Assembly (NCBI GenBank): GCA_963833985.1
Contig: CAWIAD010000002.1
Span: 3,872,001-3,936,000 of the forward strand
Source: an uncultured Planctomycetaceae bacterium
GTDB taxonomy: Bacteria > Planctomycetota > Planctomycetia > Isosphaerales > Isosphaeraceae
Reading direction: 5' to 3'
DNA: 64,000 bases
Shown: positions 60,918-64,000 of the stretch, in pieces
Position numbering within the stretch: the stretch's first letter is position 1
Layout of the letters: each line of letters starts with the position of its first letter
Notes under the pieces: generated by a model
What the model was told of the DNA's origin: nothing
Databases searched by the model: none
The model's input: only the letters and a program-made list of their open reading frames with translations
Translations under genes and position numbers: made by a program

Positions 60918-62720
60918 ATGCGACAAGTTTGCATCGTTCTGCTGCTCGGGATCCTCTCCTCGAGCTGCGCCACGGGTCCCGCCGGCGAGGTTGACCGCAT
61001 GGAGAGTGAGGATGTCGCGCTTGATCACGTCTTCCATCTCTATCTCAAGGAGCTGTTCCGCCGTGAGCCGCTCACGGCCACCCGGCTGGGTGAGCACTCC
61101 TATGATGACCGGCTCGATGACCTGTCTCCCGCGGCCCGGAACGCCACGCTCGATGTCAAGCGCGGCGCCCTGAAGAAGCTCGATGAGACAATCTCGCGCG
61201 GTCGGCTTTCGCGGGACGGCAAGGTTGACCACGATATCTTCCGCAGCCACCTGGTACGCGAGATCTGGCTGGCGGAAAACTTTCGTCCCTTTGAGGACGA
61301 CCCCCGAATCTACGGCGACTACATCTCCGAAAGTGTTTACCTTCTCTTGACCCAGTCCTCGCTGCCGCGGGCTGTGAATCTGAAGAACGCGGCGGCGCGG
61401 ATGGACAGGATCCCCGAGGTGATCGCTGTCGCGCGGCGGACCATCGGCAATCCGCCACGCGTGAAGGTGGAGACGGCCATCACACAGACCGAGGGGGCCA
61501 TCCATTTCTATTCGGGCGTACTGTTCGAGCTTGCTGGTGAGCATGGGGTGGAGCGAGGCGAGCTGGGTGCGCGGGCCGCGCGGATCGTCTCGGCCCTGAA
61601 TGACTACCTCTCATTCCTGAAGCAGGACATCCTGCCCCGGTCGACCGACGGCTGGCGGATCGGCCGCGAGCGCTTCGTGAAGAAGCTCGATCTCGAGCTG
61701 GAGGCGGGGATCCCGGCCGACAAGGTGCTCGCGGAAGCCGAGCGCGAGGCCGCTCGCGTTGAAAGCGAGATGGCCGTGATCGCCGGGCAACTCTGGGGCA
61801 CACTCTTTCCGGGAAAGCCCATTCCCGTCGATGATGCTGCCGGGAGGCGCGAGCTGATCAGCCGCGTGCTGACCGCGCTGGGCGGGGACCACGGGCCGCC
61901 GGAGACGCTCGTGGCCGAGGTGCGTAGCACGGCCGAATCCATCAAGGCGTTCATCAGCGCGCACAAGATCGTGCCGCTTCCCGAGCCCGACCAGTGCCGC
62001 ATCGTCGAGATGCCCGAATTCATGCGCGGCAATTCGGTCGCCTACCTCAACCCCGCGCCGCCGCTGGATGCCCGCGGGTCCAGCGAGTACGCCATCAGCC
62101 CGCCGCCCGCCCACTGGACCCGTGAACGTGCCGAGAGCTTGCTGCGGGAATACAACCGCTCGATGCTCAAGATCCTCACCATCCACGAGGCCTACCCTGG
62201 CCACTACGTGCAACTGGAGTACAGCAACCGCTGCCCCTCGCTGATTCGCAAGATCCTCTCGTCCGGGACCTTTGCCGAGGGCTGGGCCGTTTACACCGAG
62301 AAAACCATGCTCGACCAGGGCTTCGGACAGGGCGACCTGGCTCTGCGGCTTCACCAGTTGAAGTTCTATCTCCGCGCCGTGGTCAACGCCATTCTCGATC
62401 ATCAGATGCACGCTGGCACGATGACCGATGCCCAGGCCCTCGACCTGCTGATGAACCGGGGGTTCCAGACCGAGGGCGAGGCGGTGGGGAAAGTCATCCG
62501 GGCCAAGCAATCGTCTTGCCAGCTTTCCACGTACTTCGTCGGCCGGATGGCCTTCCACGAGCTTCGTCAGCAGGTCCAGCGCGCGCAGGGTGAGCGATTC
62601 GACCTTTCGCGCTACCACCAGGCGGTGCTGGCCCACGGCACCATCCCGGTGAAGTACCTTCCCGAGCTGGTCAAGGGATCGCTCGATCTCGGGGACCAGA
62701 CCAGCCACGCAGGTCAGTAG
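60918..62720 (+). CDS. DUF885 family lipoprotein (metallopeptidase-like)
   Basis: AAGGAG RBS; lipobox LSSS-C; HEAYPGH; FAEGWAVY.E; STYFVG. Confidence 0.9.
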   Translation: MRQVCIVLLLGILSSSCATGPAGEVDRMESEDVALDHVFHLYLKELFRREPLTATRLGEHSYDDRLDDLSPAARNATLDVKRGALKKLDETISRGRLSRDGKVDHDIFRSHLVREIWLAENFRPFEDDPRIYGDYISESVYLLLTQSSLPRAVNLKNAAARMDRIPEVIAVARRTIGNPPRVKVETAITQTEGAIHFYSGVLFELAGEHGVERGELGARAARIVSALNDYLSFLKQDILPRSTDGWRIGRERFVKKLDLELEAGIPADKVLAEAEREAARVESEMAVIAGQLWGTLFPGKPIPVDDAAGRRELISRVLTALGGDHGPPETLVAEVRSTAESIKAFISAHKIVPLPEPDQCRIVEMPEFMRGNSVAYLNPAPPLDARGSSEYAISPPPAHWTRERAESLLREYNRSMLKILTIHEAYPGHYVQLEYSNRCPSLIRKILSSGTFAEGWAVYTEKTMLDQGFGQGDLALRLHQLKFYLRAVVNAILDHQMHAGTMTDAQALDLLMNRGFQTEGEAVGKVIRAKQSSCQLSTYFVGRMAFHELRQQVQRAQGERFDLSRYHQAVLAHGTIPVKYLPELVKGSLDLGDQTSHAGQ

Positions 62721-62731
62721 GAGGCATCTGC

Positions 62732-63880
62732 ATGGAAGAGTCAACATACGATGACATCGTGGTCGGCGCCGGAGTGATCGGTCTGGCCCACGCGTACCAT
62801 CTGGCCCGGCGCGGACGTCGCGTGGCCGTCTTCGAGCAGAGCCCCAGGGCGATGGGCGCTTCGGTGCGGAATTTCGGCATGCTCTGGCCGATCGGTCAGC
62901 CTTTCGGTGAACGACGTGCCCTGGCGACGCGCAGCCTTGAGATCTGGCGAGACGTCCTGAGCAACGCCGGCTTGCCGCACGACTGCTGCGGCTCTCTGCA
63001 CCTGGCCTACCACGAGGACGAGGCCCAGGTGCTCCGGGAGTATGCGGAAACGGCCCATGAGGCCGGCGATCCCGTGGAGCTGCTGAGCTCCTCCGAGATC
63101 ACGCGGCGGACCCAGGCGGTGAAGCGAGAGGGGTTGCAGGCCGCGCTCTGGAGCCCTCGAGAAATCTGCGTTGATCCACGCCAGGTCATCGCGCGGCTGC
63201 CGCTCTGGCTGGAGAAACAATTCGGCGTTCGCTTCCATTATGGCCTGGCCGTCACCGACATCGACCTTCCCGCGGTACGTGCCGGCGGCAAGACCCATCA
63301 CGCACGACGCGCCTGGGTCTGCTCCGGGCAGGAATTCGCGCTGCTCTTTCCCGAGCATGTGGCCGCCGCCGGGATGACACGGTGCAAGCTCCAGATGATG
63401 CGCTCCAGTATCGTTGCCAACGGCTGGCGGCTGGGTCCAATGCTGGCCGCCGGGCTGACCCTGCGGCATTACCCCTCGTTTGAATGCTGCCCTACGCTAC
63501 CGGCCTTGAAGGCACGCATTGCGCGTGAGTCCCCCTGGTTCGATGAATACGGCATTCATGTTCTGGTCTCACAGAACAGTGCCGGAGAGCTGACCCTGGG
63601 AGATTCACATGAGTACGGCAACGCCGTTGACCCATTCGACAAGACCGAGATCGACGACCTGGTTCTCGGCTATCTCCGTACGTTCCTCGGCGTGCCCGAT
63701 CTACGAGTCGCGGCACGCTGGCACGGCGTGTATGCGAAGCATCCGGATCAACCCGCGGTGATCCTTCATCCTCGGCCCCGCGTGACCATCATCACGGGCG
63801 TGGGCGGCGCGGGGATGACGTTCTCATTCGGCGTGGCGGAAGACGTCATCCGGCGCGCCCTGGATGAGGCGCAGCCTTGA
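62732..63880 (+). CDS. FAD-dependent oxidoreductase, TIGR03364 (phosphonate-associated) family
   Basis: VGAGVIG; GASVRNFG..WPIGQ; CKLQMMR; GDSHEYG; GGAGMT.SFG; followed by a PhnX-like HAD. Confidence 0.85.
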   Translation: MEESTYDDIVVGAGVIGLAHAYHLARRGRRVAVFEQSPRAMGASVRNFGMLWPIGQPFGERRALATRSLEIWRDVLSNAGLPHDCCGSLHLAYHEDEAQVLREYAETAHEAGDPVELLSSSEITRRTQAVKREGLQAALWSPREICVDPRQVIARLPLWLEKQFGVRFHYGLAVTDIDLPAVRAGGKTHHARRAWVCSGQEFALLFPEHVAAAGMTRCKLQMMRSSIVANGWRLGPMLAAGLTLRHYPSFECCPTLPALKARIARESPWFDEYGIHVLVSQNSAGELTLGDSHEYGNAVDPFDKTEIDDLVLGYLRTFLGVPDLRVAARWHGVYAKHPDQPAVILHPRPRVTIITGVGGAGMTFSFGVAEDVIRRALDEAQP

Positions 63881-63930
63881 CCGGGAAGTTCACGCGGAAA
63901 CCTGCTCCAAGCACCTTGAGGAGTTTGCCG

Positions 63931-64000
63931 ATGCCGATCGAGCTGGTGGTTTTTGACATGGCCGGAACCACGGTGAACGACGAGGACTCCGTCACTCGCT
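63931..64000 (+). CDS. Phosphonatase-like HAD hydrolase (partial)
   Basis: GAGGAG RBS; MPIELVVFDMAGTTVND HAD motif I. Confidence 0.8.
   Translation, partial: MPIELVVFDMAGTTVNDEDSVTR

Overview
High-GC bacterial DNA that is almost certainly planctomycete, and Isosphaeraceae-like by inference. The evidence is four LExRxLL 'planctomycete extracellular' proteins, a DUF1549/DUF1553 protein, an ECF sigma/Ser-Thr kinase pair and a GYF_2 protein. The housekeeping and metabolic content is hisD/hisC/hisB, shc-hpnH-hpnG (hopanoids), rnhA, lexA, accD, a two-component HK plus sigma54 regulator, and the start of a phosphonate-type oxidoreductase/HAD pair. Roughly ten genes carry 1-2 nt frameshifts, most simply explained as long-read assembly errors. 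The most interesting items are: (1) two tandem secreted proteins with a Hedgehog-like layout (signal peptide - large N-domain - Hint domain lacking the splicing His-Asn - short conserved PFD tail, no toxin or immunity gene), converging on the hopanoid operon; (2) an octaheme HAO-family cytochrome, apparently lacking the cross-link Tyr, coupled to an internally duplicated membrane protein with four conserved His; (3) an unannotated scar of a comM/yifB-integrating element (comM 3' tail fused to a thermonuclease stub) beside a decayed GYF_2 gene; (4) an ECF sigma with Thr in the region-2.2 motif next to a kinase with an atypical catalytic loop; (5) a candidate LexA operator. No rRNA, tRNA or CRISPR array was seen. 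All family calls come from recognising motifs by eye, not from database searches.
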